Shown one piece after another: positions 18,201-26,632 of a stretch of DNA of 64,000 nucleotides (position 1 is the stretch's first letter; the number at the start of each line of letters is the position of its first letter). This DNA is from an uncultured Kiritimatiellota bacterium (GTDB lineage: Bacteria; Verrucomicrobiota; Kiritimatiellia; RFP12; UBA1067): the NCBI GenBank assembly GCA_934643865.1, contig CAKUCX010000002.1, positions 2,587 to 66,586 on the forward strand, written 5' to 3'. The notes beneath the pieces were generated by a model that searched no databases, had not been told where the DNA came from, and was given only the letters and a program-made list of their open reading frames with translations. The position numbers and the translations under genes were made by a program.

Positions 18201-21200
18201 CAGCGCCATACTTGAGCGCCAATACCTTGCGTTCGCGCTGAGCGAATGGATGCTGGCCTCACCCGAGTGCGTGCTGCCCGATTCTATGGGCAGGATGTTC
18301 AAGGCCATTGACGACAATGGCGCATCGGCGTTTCCCAATAACTTCTTCGCCTGGTATTCCGAGGTTAAGGGAGACTTGTTTGATCGTTTCAGGGAACGGC
18401 TGGGGAACTTCAACCAGATCAAATCCCACACGCTCGATGTCCTAAACGAAGACGTCTATCACAATCCGCAGGGCAAAGCGGGTGTCTGCGGCCGGATTCA
18501 AGATGCCGTTGCCTCCGCCAAGACACTGCTAAAAAACTATGAGAACAAGAAGCGCGACCTGGCAAAGCTCAAGAAGGAAGTGTCGAAAGACCCTGGGCTT
18601 ACGGAAGAGCTCAGGAGTCAGCGAATAGAAGATGTCGACCGCGAACTGAAGGCGTATTATCAGCTGACAAGGACACTGCTTAAGAAGCCGGTCATAGAAT
18701 GGCTTTGCGACACGGCCGGGCTCCTGCCCAACTATGCGTTCCTTGAGCCGGGAGTCTCCTTGCAGACGATCCTCTGGCGCAGGGAATCGCAGGCAGGAAC
18801 CGGGAAGCTCAAGTTCGACAAGTTCGAGGTGCTGCGTCCTGCGTCATCCGGCATCACGGAACTCGTCCCCGGCTCGACATTCTACACACACGCGCACCAC
18901 ATGCTCATCGACCAGGTCGATCTTCAGAGCTACAGTGACGACGAGATTGCCGCGTGTGAATGGCGGCTATGCCCGGAATGCGACCACATCGAAAAGAACG
19001 GCACCCTCAACGCGGTCAAGTGCCCTGTCTGCGGCGCAGACTGGAGCAACAATGCTCAGGTTAGGAAACTTCTGCCCGCAAGGCAGTTCGTGACGGTCTG
19101 CCCAGACAGAAGCACCTTGAACGACGACAGCAACGATAACCGCGACAAAGAGCGCTATGAATGTCGGAAGTTCTTCGAGAGGGATGCCGGAGGTGGAAAG
19201 ATAGAGGGCTTCCGTTGCGAGGGCGAAGGGATACCGTTCGCTTTCGAGTATGTGCCGCATCTCGTTATGCGCGAGGTGAATTTCGGAAAGCGTGCCGTGA
19301 GGCGTGAGGGAGAGGTCGATGCAGTTTCCAATGGAGAACCGTTGACGGGACTCGGATTTGATGTGTGCCGAGAGTGCAACAAGGCTGTTTCCGTCGAGCC
19401 TTCAGGGGGAGCGGGCATCAGGCACGTGTCCACATGCAAGACACTGCTGTCGCCCGGCAGTGAGCCCTCGACGCCTCCGCTCAATCTGTCGTTCTATCGC
19501 GAGTACCACACGGAAGCGCTCAGGATATTCGCGCCGTTTCTCGGCGAAGACGGCGATGTGCGCATCGTGAGCTTCATGGCGGCCATACAGTTGGGACTCA
19601 AGGAGTACTTCAAGGGCGAGGTGGACCACCTCCAGATGGAGACGCAGAGCATCCCATTGCCGGGAAAGAGCATCCGCCAGCACTTCCTTATTCTCTATGA
19701 CGCTGTCCCTGGCGGCACAGGATATATCCGCCAGTTTGCAGATGGAGACCGCCCGCGACTTATCTTCGACATCTTCGAGACGGCGCTGAAGAAGCTGAAA
19801 GCGTGCTCGTGCGCTTCCGATCCAACAAAGGATGGATGCTATGAATGCCTTTACAGGTACAGGAACCAGTCGAGCCAGGGGAAGATTTCGAGGCGGGAGG
19901 CCATCAAGGTTCTTGAGGAACTTCTCCCGAGGCGAAAGCAGCTGGTCCGTGTCGCCGGTGAGGCGACCGCCGGGCTTTCAATGGCAAGCCTGATCGACAG
20001 CGAGCTTGAAAAACAGTTCGTTCTTCGGCTTGAATCTTTCTGCGCGGCAGAAACGGAGAAGGGCGCGCATATTGAAGAGGCCACCGTCAGAGGGTATGTC
20101 AAAGGCTGGCGTATGCGGCTTTCTAGAGCGTTCAGACTTGGGGCTGACCAGCAACTGCACGAGTGGGAGATCGTCCCGCAGAAAGACATGGGGCCGAGTG
20201 ACGGAGTTCTTGTCCCGTCGCGTCCTGATTTCGTGTTTTATCCGCTCGCATCGAATGGTGTCGAGAATGCGAAACCTGTGGCTGTGTTCTTGGACGGATG
20301 GGAATACCACCAGGCGACAATTGCGCTTGATGTCATAAAGCGCAAGGCGCTCATGGAGGCGGGTTATCGTGTCTGGTCGCTTGGCTGGGACGATGTGGTG
20401 GCTGCAAAGCAAGTGAAACCAGACGGGCAAGAGCCCCCTGAGTGGAGAAAGAATCTCGCTGATCCCGTTTGCCGCAAGAAGCTCGGGGCGGCTTTTTACG
20501 CAGACAGCGGGGATCGGGCTGAGGCTTGGCATGAAATCTACAACACGCCGGCGCAGGAGATGGAGAGATTCCTTGCTTATCTGGGTGTTGCGGATGACAC
20601 GCTCTTTGTTCGTCATGCGGAATTTGAGTTGGCGATGCTGCTTGTTTCGGGTGTGGACAAGTCTATGACACCGTCGATCAAAGGAATCCTTCCGCATGTC
20701 CTCTCGGCACATCTGGACGGCGACATTGAAGTCACCATAAATGAGTCCCTGTTTGCTGCGGGGGTTGGAATTGTCAAAGACGAAACGCGATTTGGGAAGA
20801 TGAAAGCGAAAATTGCGGCGGCTCTTGACGACAACGATGTCCCGGAGAAAAAGGCTTGGGAAGCGTTCGTTGGCTTCATGACGTATTTCCAGTTCTTGGA
20901 TGACGATTTGCTGGCTTTCACGTTCAAGTCACGCGACGATCAATTCTGGAGCAACCTGAAGACGGCAAAGTCCGCCGCAGGTGCCGAGTGCAATCCGGAA
21001 TGGAACGCCGCAATGGAACTGGCTGAAGGAGAGGCGCTCATAACCGGCGTTCTCCAAAAGCTCAGAGATCTATCGTTCCCTCCGCCTCTTGTGTTCGAGG
21101 ACATAACGGCGGCGGATGGGTCGGTGCTGTGCAATGCATGGCTGAAATGGCCTGACAAGAAGATAATTGTGCTTGGTGCGGATGACGCGCCTGCAGAAGT

Positions 21201-21288
21201 ATTGAAAGGCTGGCGCATCCTCCCCGTTGCCGACGGTGCGAGTCCAGAAACAGTAGCAAATCTTATCAAGGAGGCATTCAATGTCTAA
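15211..21288 (+). CDS. Giant (~2025 aa) SF2 DEAD/DEAH-type helicase (YprA/MrfA-COG1205-like) with Cys-cluster insertions, a DUF1998-like Cys region and a C-terminal DUF559/Vsr-like PD-(D/E)xK nuclease domain.
   Basis: Start taken at ATG 15211 (RBS GGTGA after the upstream stop; the track ORF begins at 15166). Motif I ATGTGSGKTECF, motif II DELHTFDG, motif III TSATLGS, RecA2 motifs ...GVDIGDLSSVLLCSVPPTQSKFIQRVGRSGRR. Cys clusters CNVCGATAW, CGKCCRLNPDSAEKCECGND, CPWCGHDHG (inserted between the RecA lobes). CPECDHIEKNGTLNAVKCPVCGADW, CRECNK...STCK, DGCYECLYRYRNQ. C-terminus PVAVFLDGWEYHQATIALDVIKRKALMEAGYRVWSLGWDDVV (DUF559 pattern VxxDGxxH...D..R..L...G..V.R....DV). Confidence 0.7.
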   Translation: MMPSIVGRELEERFACLLKTQFCVREDGGFRHLWEDFFSRGEKLIKGPYLELPLPYRKSTDAAALTRFSPAIEKLPFPPYKHQVRAFDRIGAFKSTLVATGTGSGKTECFSLPILAHCAKYAGENGIRAILIYPMNALATDQAKRLAELICKNAGLKGVRVGLYIGEGKSRRGGARASRPATWREVGYDAATQSYHVITDRGTILNEPPHILLTNYKMLDYLLLRPKERILWRFNKNPDIFKFLAVDELHTFDGAQAADLACLLRRLKEYLRLPDENLCCIGTSATLGSSDKASDGIRKYAEKVFSSSFPPESLVTEDRYTFDEMAAGTKDPIFAMPVARTLFGALKGPSKTPDSLSDIVVKAADDELWDNAPKTKHEASEMILDFCGKLSKLRADKGRDYPDVKFQYWIREMARLVANVPYELSDGGLRPQLRFADDLEDPDRMIDGKVRHFPLDNCNVCGATAWIGLIGRDGAHVEGTRRQIYNEYFAHHGGEDVRFLYPLAGGGGHAGRVTLPIKKLCGKCCRLNPDSAEKCECGNDKLIRVAVAKNGDACPWCGHDHGNRLLVGMRSATMLSTCISTLTTSPHNGDKKILTFSDNVQDTSQRAGFFGGRTWAATFRAHLAQYFTSLGVEEVGYSKFIDGFYAYLKKRLSDDRDILAELIPQDLKWLNAWRALKGNDPPVPDARTMKALMARLRWEIAMELGCGQHLGRTLERMGVLRLEMAIPDSLAEEERRFLERITPDMVKAGAFEDLALLNSKGDAWSSILTTALNRGGIKFINGLDAAGIPVYKSKRSAEPRVPGTTLGKKKYAILSEIADPRDAEMLALLAKKGIVREFTHTDGTTKYWYLSIGSLVVRKHPDACACAENPFHKQYLSGDIHRVNPAEHTGLLKREEREALETRFKAKDSRKWDPNLISATPTLEMGVDIGDLSSVLLCSVPPTQSKFIQRVGRSGRRNGSALNITVAASSPHDLYFFRDPAAMISGSVTSPGVFLDASAILERQYLAFALSEWMLASPECVLPDSMGRMFKAIDDNGASAFPNNFFAWYSEVKGDLFDRFRERLGNFNQIKSHTLDVLNEDVYHNPQGKAGVCGRIQDAVASAKTLLKNYENKKRDLAKLKKEVSKDPGLTEELRSQRIEDVDRELKAYYQLTRTLLKKPVIEWLCDTAGLLPNYAFLEPGVSLQTILWRRESQAGTGKLKFDKFEVLRPASSGITELVPGSTFYTHAHHMLIDQVDLQSYSDDEIAACEWRLCPECDHIEKNGTLNAVKCPVCGADWSNNAQVRKLLPARQFVTVCPDRSTLNDDSNDNRDKERYECRKFFERDAGGGKIEGFRCEGEGIPFAFEYVPHLVMREVNFGKRAVRREGEVDAVSNGEPLTGLGFDVCRECNKAVSVEPSGGAGIRHVSTCKTLLSPGSEPSTPPLNLSFYREYHTEALRIFAPFLGEDGDVRIVSFMAAIQLGLKEYFKGEVDHLQMETQSIPLPGKSIRQHFLILYDAVPGGTGYIRQFADGDRPRLIFDIFETALKKLKACSCASDPTKDGCYECLYRYRNQSSQGKISRREAIKVLEELLPRRKQLVRVAGEATAGLSMASLIDSELEKQFVLRLESFCAAETEKGAHIEEATVRGYVKGWRMRLSRAFRLGADQQLHEWEIVPQKDMGPSDGVLVPSRPDFVFYPLASNGVENAKPVAVFLDGWEYHQATIALDVIKRKALMEAGYRVWSLGWDDVVAAKQVKPDGQEPPEWRKNLADPVCRKKLGAAFYADSGDRAEAWHEIYNTPAQEMERFLAYLGVADDTLFVRHAEFELAMLLVSGVDKSMTPSIKGILPHVLSAHLDGDIEVTINESLFAAGVGIVKDETRFGKMKAKIAAALDDNDVPEKKAWEAFVGFMTYFQFLDDDLLAFTFKSRDDQFWSNLKTAKSAAGAECNPEWNAAMELAEGEALITGVLQKLRDLSFPPPLVFEDITAADGSVLCNAWLKWPDKKIIVLGADDAPAEVLKGWRILPVADGASPETVANLIKEAFNV

Positions 21289-23443
21289 TCAGATAATAAT
21301 CAGCCGCAAGTTCGCGGAGAAGCTCTCGGCTCTATCCCGCCCCATACAGAAGGGAGTGAACGGGATATACAGCAAGCTCGCAAAGAACGCAGACGGGGCT
21401 GGTCTAAACCTTGAGCCAATCCAAGGGGCGGCATCACCCTCGATGAAGTCCGTCAGGGTAAACGACAACTACAGGATCGTGCTTCATCAGGACTCCAAGG
21501 GAACGTTCACATTCCTGCACATCGACACGCATGACGCGGCATACGCTTGGGCGAGGCGCAACAAGTTCGAGGTGAACCCCTACACTGGCGAAGTCCAGCT
21601 TTACGTAGTTGATATCCCGGAGGTGCGGGTTGACGGATTGGCCCCAGCCACCCACGGTGAGCAGGAAGGCGCTACCACGGCAGCTGCGCCAGGCCCATTT
21701 GCGAATACGCCTTCCGATGAAGACCTCAAGCGCCTTGGCGTCCCGGAATCGCAGATTCCGCTGGTTCGCTCGCTCAAGGACGATGAAGACATCCTTGCGC
21801 ATGAAGAGGGATTCTCTCAGGGTGTGTTTGATGCTCTCTTGCTTGCGTTTGACGGGAAGAACGCAGACGAGATAATCAAGGAACTCGGCATCACTCCCAA
21901 GGGCGCGAACATCGACGACGTCGCAAAAGCCGTCGAGTCGAGCGATGCGTCCCAGGCGAACTTCGCCTTCGCGTCTTCGGAGGAGGAGCTGAACGAAATC
22001 CGCAAGGCGGCTTTGGCAAAGTGGCGAATCTTCCTTCATCCGTCGCAGCGCAAGATTGTTAAGAAAAACGCAAATGGTCCGATGAAAGTTCTCGGGGGGG
22101 CCGGAACTGGCAAGACGGTCGTCGCCATGCACAGGGCCAAGTACCTTCTTGAAAAAGTCTTTATAGCGCCTTCCGAGCGATTGCTATTCACAACCTTCAC
22201 GAAGAATCTCTGCGATGATATCGAGGCACTTCTCAAGACGATCTGCTCCGACTCCATCATGTCTCGAATTGACATACGCAATCTTGACGCATGGGCGCTG
22301 GAGTATGTACGCTCTCTTGGGATCGACGTCAATCCCCTGGTTGAGGAGAAGGATAAGACGGATCTGATGGAGGAGGCGATGGCGCTTGTTGAAGGTTCAG
22401 ATGCCTTCAAGGCCGCATTTTACCTGAGGGAACGTTCGTTGGTTATGCTTCCGAATGGAATCGACAGCATAGGTGCGTACCTCAAAGCTTCGCGTGCGGG
22501 CCTTGGCGTGCGTCTTTCGGCAGCACAGAAGCGGAATGTCTGGCAGGTGCTCGAGGCGTACAGGTCGATTTTGGCCCGCAAGGGGATGATGGATTTCGAC
22601 GAGATCGCAATCATGGCTGCCAACGAAATCAAAGCAAGGGGCAATGAGCCGTATGCTTCCGTCATAGTTGACGAAGCGCAGGACTTCAGCGCACCTGCGC
22701 TAAGACTTGTGGCGGCGCTCTCAGGCAATACGCGTGAAGCTCCCCAACCTAATTCGCTTCTTATCGTCGGAGACGCCCATCAGCGAATCTACGGCAAGAA
22801 GGCGACGCTTGGCAAATGTGGTATCAATGTCATGGGACGGTCTTCCAAGCTGAAGCTCAACTATCGTACTACGGAAAAGATTCGCAAGCGCGCAGTGGCG
22901 CTTCTTGAGGGGGTGTCTGTTGACGACCTTGACGGGGCGACAGATGACAACAAGGGATTCCGCTCGCTCGTAGTGGGCGTTGAGCCAAACGAGACGAGGT
23001 TCAAGTCGTTTGCCAAGGAGATGGACGCTGTTGTCGAAGCGATCCTCGGCTGGCAGAAATCCGACGGACGCGACTTTGCCGACTATGCGGTTCTCGTGCG
23101 CCGCAGAAATGACGTGAAGGCGGTCAAAGAGGCCCTGCGCGAACGGGGAATGAAATGCTGCGAGGTCAAGAAGGACATAACGGTGCGCGAGTCCGACAAG
23201 GACTCCGTCCGCATCGCGACCATGCATCGCTCAAAGGGCCTTGAGTTCGCGGGGGTAGTCGTGGCGGAGGTTAACGAAGGCGTGTGGCCCCTCAGACCGA
23301 AAGGCTACGACGATTTCGATCCCGTGGCAAAGAAGATAGCGGACGATTCCGAGCGTAGCCTGCTGTACGTTGCGCTCTCGCGTGCGATGAACCATGTAAT
23401 GCTTACGGGGGTTGGTACGGCACCGGCAGAGTTGGGAGCGTGA
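21281..23443 (+). CDS. UvrD/Rep-family SF1 helicase (720 aa) with an N-terminal RelE/ParE-like domain. Translationally coupled to the giant helicase (ATG at 21281 overlaps its TAA at 21286-21288).
   Basis: N-terminal ~100 aa: IIISRKFAEKLSALS...SMKSVRVNDNYRIVLHQDSKGTFTFLHIDTHDAAY (RelE/ParE fold pattern). Q-motif WRIFLHPSQRKIV, Walker A VLGGAGTGKTVVAMH, motif II VIVDEAQDFS, motif VI-like IATMHRSKGLEFAGVVV. RBS aaggagg upstream. Confidence 0.7.
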   Translation: MSNQIIISRKFAEKLSALSRPIQKGVNGIYSKLAKNADGAGLNLEPIQGAASPSMKSVRVNDNYRIVLHQDSKGTFTFLHIDTHDAAYAWARRNKFEVNPYTGEVQLYVVDIPEVRVDGLAPATHGEQEGATTAAAPGPFANTPSDEDLKRLGVPESQIPLVRSLKDDEDILAHEEGFSQGVFDALLLAFDGKNADEIIKELGITPKGANIDDVAKAVESSDASQANFAFASSEEELNEIRKAALAKWRIFLHPSQRKIVKKNANGPMKVLGGAGTGKTVVAMHRAKYLLEKVFIAPSERLLFTTFTKNLCDDIEALLKTICSDSIMSRIDIRNLDAWALEYVRSLGIDVNPLVEEKDKTDLMEEAMALVEGSDAFKAAFYLRERSLVMLPNGIDSIGAYLKASRAGLGVRLSAAQKRNVWQVLEAYRSILARKGMMDFDEIAIMAANEIKARGNEPYASVIVDEAQDFSAPALRLVAALSGNTREAPQPNSLLIVGDAHQRIYGKKATLGKCGINVMGRSSKLKLNYRTTEKIRKRAVALLEGVSVDDLDGATDDNKGFRSLVVGVEPNETRFKSFAKEMDAVVEAILGWQKSDGRDFADYAVLVRRRNDVKAVKEALRERGMKCCEVKKDITVRESDKDSVRIATMHRSKGLEFAGVVVAEVNEGVWPLRPKGYDDFDPVAKKIADDSERSLLYVALSRAMNHVMLTGVGTAPAELGA

Positions 23444-23446
23444 ATC

Positions 23447-23764
23447 ATGGCATGCCAGTCTAATCCGGAAACATACGCAATCGTGATAAGGCTCCCTCTT
23501 GAGGAGGGTGCGGCGCTGAAGTCGTTGGCTGACTCGGACGGGGTCGCGGTTAGCGCATTTGTCGCCGGAATGATTCACGAAAAGGTCAAGGGCCACAAAC
23601 TTGACGTTGCAGAACGGGCCTGGATTGCCAAGCACCTGGAGATGAATTTGATCCGCCGTGCCAAGGCCGATGCCAAGACGGCGGCCGGTTACTACAAACG
23701 CAAACGACGCGGCCGTCCGCGCAAGCCAGGTCCTAAAGGGAAGAAGCGAAAGGCAGGAAAATGA
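23447..23764 (+). CDS. Small ribbon-helix-helix (CopG/antitoxin-like) DNA-binding protein with a lysine/arginine-rich AT-hook tail (RGRPRK).
   Basis: Begins 4 nt after the helicase stop. YAIVIRLPLEEGAALKSLADSDGVAVSAFVAGMIHEKV fits the beta-strand/helix/helix RHH pattern. C-terminus KRKRRGRPRKPGPKGKKRKAGK. Confidence 0.5.
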   Translation: MACQSNPETYAIVIRLPLEEGAALKSLADSDGVAVSAFVAGMIHEKVKGHKLDVAERAWIAKHLEMNLIRRAKADAKTAAGYYKRKRRGRPRKPGPKGKKRKAGK

Positions 23765-24068
23765 ACAAGACGTTGATTCTGACAGGATGGTCGAAAACGG
23801 TCTACATGACGGCTGCTGCTGCCGCGCTTGAGGCCCTGAAGTGGGATACCGAATATTTGAAGCAGAGAAATTAGGCGTCGTGAGAATTGACTTGCGATCT
23901 TACATTGCGGAGAGGAGACAGCAGGAGGTGAATTGTGGTTGAAATTTCAGATGACGAACTTTCGCGCATTGAACGGAGAATCGTTTGGCCGTGCGAACAG
24001 GCGTTGGAAAAGAATGGTTGGGTAGTGACATGGTTCCCTGCGGATAGCGACAGGATGCTTGTCGAGAA

Positions 24069-25307
24069 GTGTTCCCCGTTTTTCTCAATGTGAATGAGCA
24101 GGATGAAGAGTTGGCACTTGTACGAGACTATCTGATAAATGTCTTTGGGATGTCGGCAGAGTGCTTGGAGTCTGCAATTACGCCATATAAAGAGAAGGTA
24201 GAAGGTGACCTTCCGTATGTCTTTGGTTTAGCAGAATGTGACGGGCGACATTTTGTCTTTGTGCACGGGTACAATGTCAACTACCGGTCTGCGCGCGGGT
24301 GGTCTGCCGAAATGTTCAAGCGTCTTTGGCAGGCGGGATCGCAGTCTATGTTTACCGCAGTCGATTGGTATGGCAACGAGTCGCAGATATGGGCAGGCGT
24401 TCCTTTCCTTGGAGGAGAATCGCTCGATTACTACATCAATGTACGCCACGCGCTTGATTCAGCGCCTAATTTCTCGCCTGCGGTAAATGCATTGCCTGGC
24501 GACAAGGTCATGCTTGCCCACTCGCTTGGCAACATGCTCGTTTCCGAGGCCGCGAAATCCTATCTGCTCAACTATACAAAATACTATATGCTGAATGCCG
24601 CCGTGCCAATTGAAGCATATGATGGAACATCTATGGCGCGAGAAATGATAGAACATGGCTGGACTGACATTTCTCCAGAAAAATGGGCCGCGAGGTGGTA
24701 CGAAAACTTCCATGACCCTGCGGACTTAAGGCGAGACCTAAAATGGAAAGGCCGTTTTGCAGGAATACATCATGCGGTAAACTGCTATTCACTTACGGAA
24801 GAAGTCCTTAATAATGCGACAACAAACGGATGGGGAGGTGTCTGGTCCGTGCAGGAGCTATTCAAGGGAACGTCCGCACTTCATTTAGCGCCGGGGAATT
24901 ATGAAGGCGGATGGGGATATAATGGCGAACGCACTAATTTGGCAGGACTTCTAACGGACTTCGCAAAGACAAACGTTTTCTCTGACACGGAATTGATTAT
25001 GAGTCCGATTTTCAGGAAGTTTGACAATGCAACGCTTCATCAGACAAATCTCATATCAATAGCTCAGACGGAGTTGAACAAGGTCATGGGAGATGGAATT
25101 CCGGCGGTAAGTTTTGCCGCTGGAGCGAATCCGATTCAGAATGTACTTGCTGGAAGTATTGAGTTATCCCCTGACGGATTGCCGTATTGGCCATCAAAAC
25201 GAATCGCCAGTCAGCGTCGTCAATGGCATCACTCTGACATTTGCAATGTTGCTTTCTTTTATGTCAATTTCATATTCAACAAAATCGTAAAAGGAGAAAA
25301 CCAATGA
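24069..25307 (+). CDS. Alpha/beta-hydrolase fold protein (lipase/esterase-like). GTG start in the track; the true start is uncertain.
   Basis: Nucleophile-elbow GxSxG variant in KVMLAHSLGNMLVSEA. FVHGYNVNYRSARGW N-terminal block typical of alpha/beta hydrolases. Lower G+C than the core. Confidence 0.55.
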   Translation: MFPVFLNVNEQDEELALVRDYLINVFGMSAECLESAITPYKEKVEGDLPYVFGLAECDGRHFVFVHGYNVNYRSARGWSAEMFKRLWQAGSQSMFTAVDWYGNESQIWAGVPFLGGESLDYYINVRHALDSAPNFSPAVNALPGDKVMLAHSLGNMLVSEAAKSYLLNYTKYYMLNAAVPIEAYDGTSMAREMIEHGWTDISPEKWAARWYENFHDPADLRRDLKWKGRFAGIHHAVNCYSLTEEVLNNATTNGWGGVWSVQELFKGTSALHLAPGNYEGGWGYNGERTNLAGLLTDFAKTNVFSDTELIMSPIFRKFDNATLHQTNLISIAQTELNKVMGDGIPAVSFAAGANPIQNVLAGSIELSPDGLPYWPSKRIASQRRQWHHSDICNVAFFYVNFIFNKIVKGENQ

Positions 25308-26356
25308 GAAAGACAATGATAATGATCGGCATCGTGCTGGTATGTTGCCTTGCAAAAGCTGACAAGGCATATCTGGGCATATGTGTCGAGGATGCCGTTA
25401 GTCATGTGCCTTTGCAGGGCGTAAAGGTGATCGCAAACTTTGAAGACGACATTGGATGGCGCGCTTGGTCGGAATCGGCTAATCCTGACATAGCAGAGGG
25501 ATTCACGGATAAACATGGTTTCTGCCGGCTTTCAGGGAAGACAAACTGCGGCAGAAGCAGTGTTTGGGTTGATAAAGCACCGAAAGGATATTACGAAGCG
25601 GCGTATGGCGGAGACGCGAAATATACGAGAAAGTCTTTGTTTGGGACTTGGCAGCCAGAGGATATTGTCGTCACGGTGGCTCTTCAACGCGTGGAGCATC
25701 CTATACCCTTATATGTTCGCCATGCCGATATAAGAGACGACAAGGGGCAGCTCGGTGGATTCGATGGCACTAATGCGGTGCTGCGGTATGATTTCGTCAA
25801 GGGGGATTGGCTTCCGCCTGTGGGAGCGGGAAGTTTTGCCGACATGACGATTCGCACACGCTATGATCTTTGGTCTGTCATTTCCAATCGCACCGATGTG
25901 CTATACTTCTATGATTTCATAAACGAGATCGAGTTTTCTGGTGAAGGTAATGGCATATATGAGGAATCATTTGCTGGCAAAAACTGCGGCATAAAGTTTC
26001 GTAACGCGCCAGAATCAGGCTATGCGCACTCAAAGACATTACGCTTCGGCAGTAAGAAGGACATATTTGGCAAGAACGGAGTGAATGTCTTTATGAAGTA
26101 CTATTCGGAAAGCGACAAGGAGCGTTGCTATTGCTTTCGCATCCGTTCAAGATATAACGACAAAAGAGAGCTGATAGAAGCGTATTATGGGAAAATATAT
26201 GGCGACATCAACTTTGAGGGTTCATTCATGACGGGATTTAAGCGAGTGAAGTTTCTGTACTACTTCAACCTCGAATCCCTTGACAGGAACCTTGAATGGG
26301 ACATGAAGAACAACCTTTGTCCGACGTCTGGCAACATAGGGCAACCGAAGCCCTGA
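25304..26356 (+). CDS. Secreted protein or lipoprotein of unknown function (start at MRKTMIMIGIVLVCCLA, with RBS aaaggag).
   Basis: In-frame ATG at 25304 preceded by aaaggagaaaacc. Hydrophobic signal-like N-terminus. The track ORF starts earlier at 25241. Confidence 0.5.
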   Translation: MRKTMIMIGIVLVCCLAKADKAYLGICVEDAVSHVPLQGVKVIANFEDDIGWRAWSESANPDIAEGFTDKHGFCRLSGKTNCGRSSVWVDKAPKGYYEAAYGGDAKYTRKSLFGTWQPEDIVVTVALQRVEHPIPLYVRHADIRDDKGQLGGFDGTNAVLRYDFVKGDWLPPVGAGSFADMTIRTRYDLWSVISNRTDVLYFYDFINEIEFSGEGNGIYEESFAGKNCGIKFRNAPESGYAHSKTLRFGSKKDIFGKNGVNVFMKYYSESDKERCYCFRIRSRYNDKRELIEAYYGKIYGDINFEGSFMTGFKRVKFLYYFNLESLDRNLEWDMKNNLCPTSGNIGQPKP

Positions 26357-26440
26357 TTGACGAAGAGGCAATACGAAGAAGGTTTCGCTATTTCAAAGAC
26401 CGACATGGAGAAGAAACAGAATGAGTCTGGCGCAGACCAG

Positions 26441-26632
26441 CGATATGACTACCCAATGCTACGATATGACTACCCAATGCTATAGGTTGAGGGCGTATGC
26501 CAACCCCGTCCGAAAACGGCCCGAAATGATAAGCACATGGGCTTCAACCCCAAGCATGGGGTATGCTTATCCCCGTCCGACAGCTCAAATCGTCAAATCG
26601 CGACCCCAACCTATAGGTTGAGGCGTATGCAA
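26441..26632. repeat. A+T-rich island-boundary segment containing a 21-bp tandem duplication (gatatgactacccaatgcta x2) and a ~24-bp direct repeat (ctataggttgagg[g]cgtatgc[c]aac) ~130 bp apart.
   Basis: Direct reading of 26441-26481 and of 26478-26502 versus 26608-26632. G+C rises sharply from ~26.7 kb onward. Confidence 0.5.

Noticed and set aside
1-23764. Calling the locus a complete BREX type 1 or class 1 DISARM system
   Set aside because: The PglX-like MTase and a COG1205-type helicase with Cys clusters are present, but no PglZ (alkaline-phosphatase fold), BrxL/Lon, SNF2 DrmD or PLD DrmC-like genes were recognisable anywhere in the window. The missing components could lie upstream of position 1, so only a 'BREX/DISARM-like' possibility is noted.
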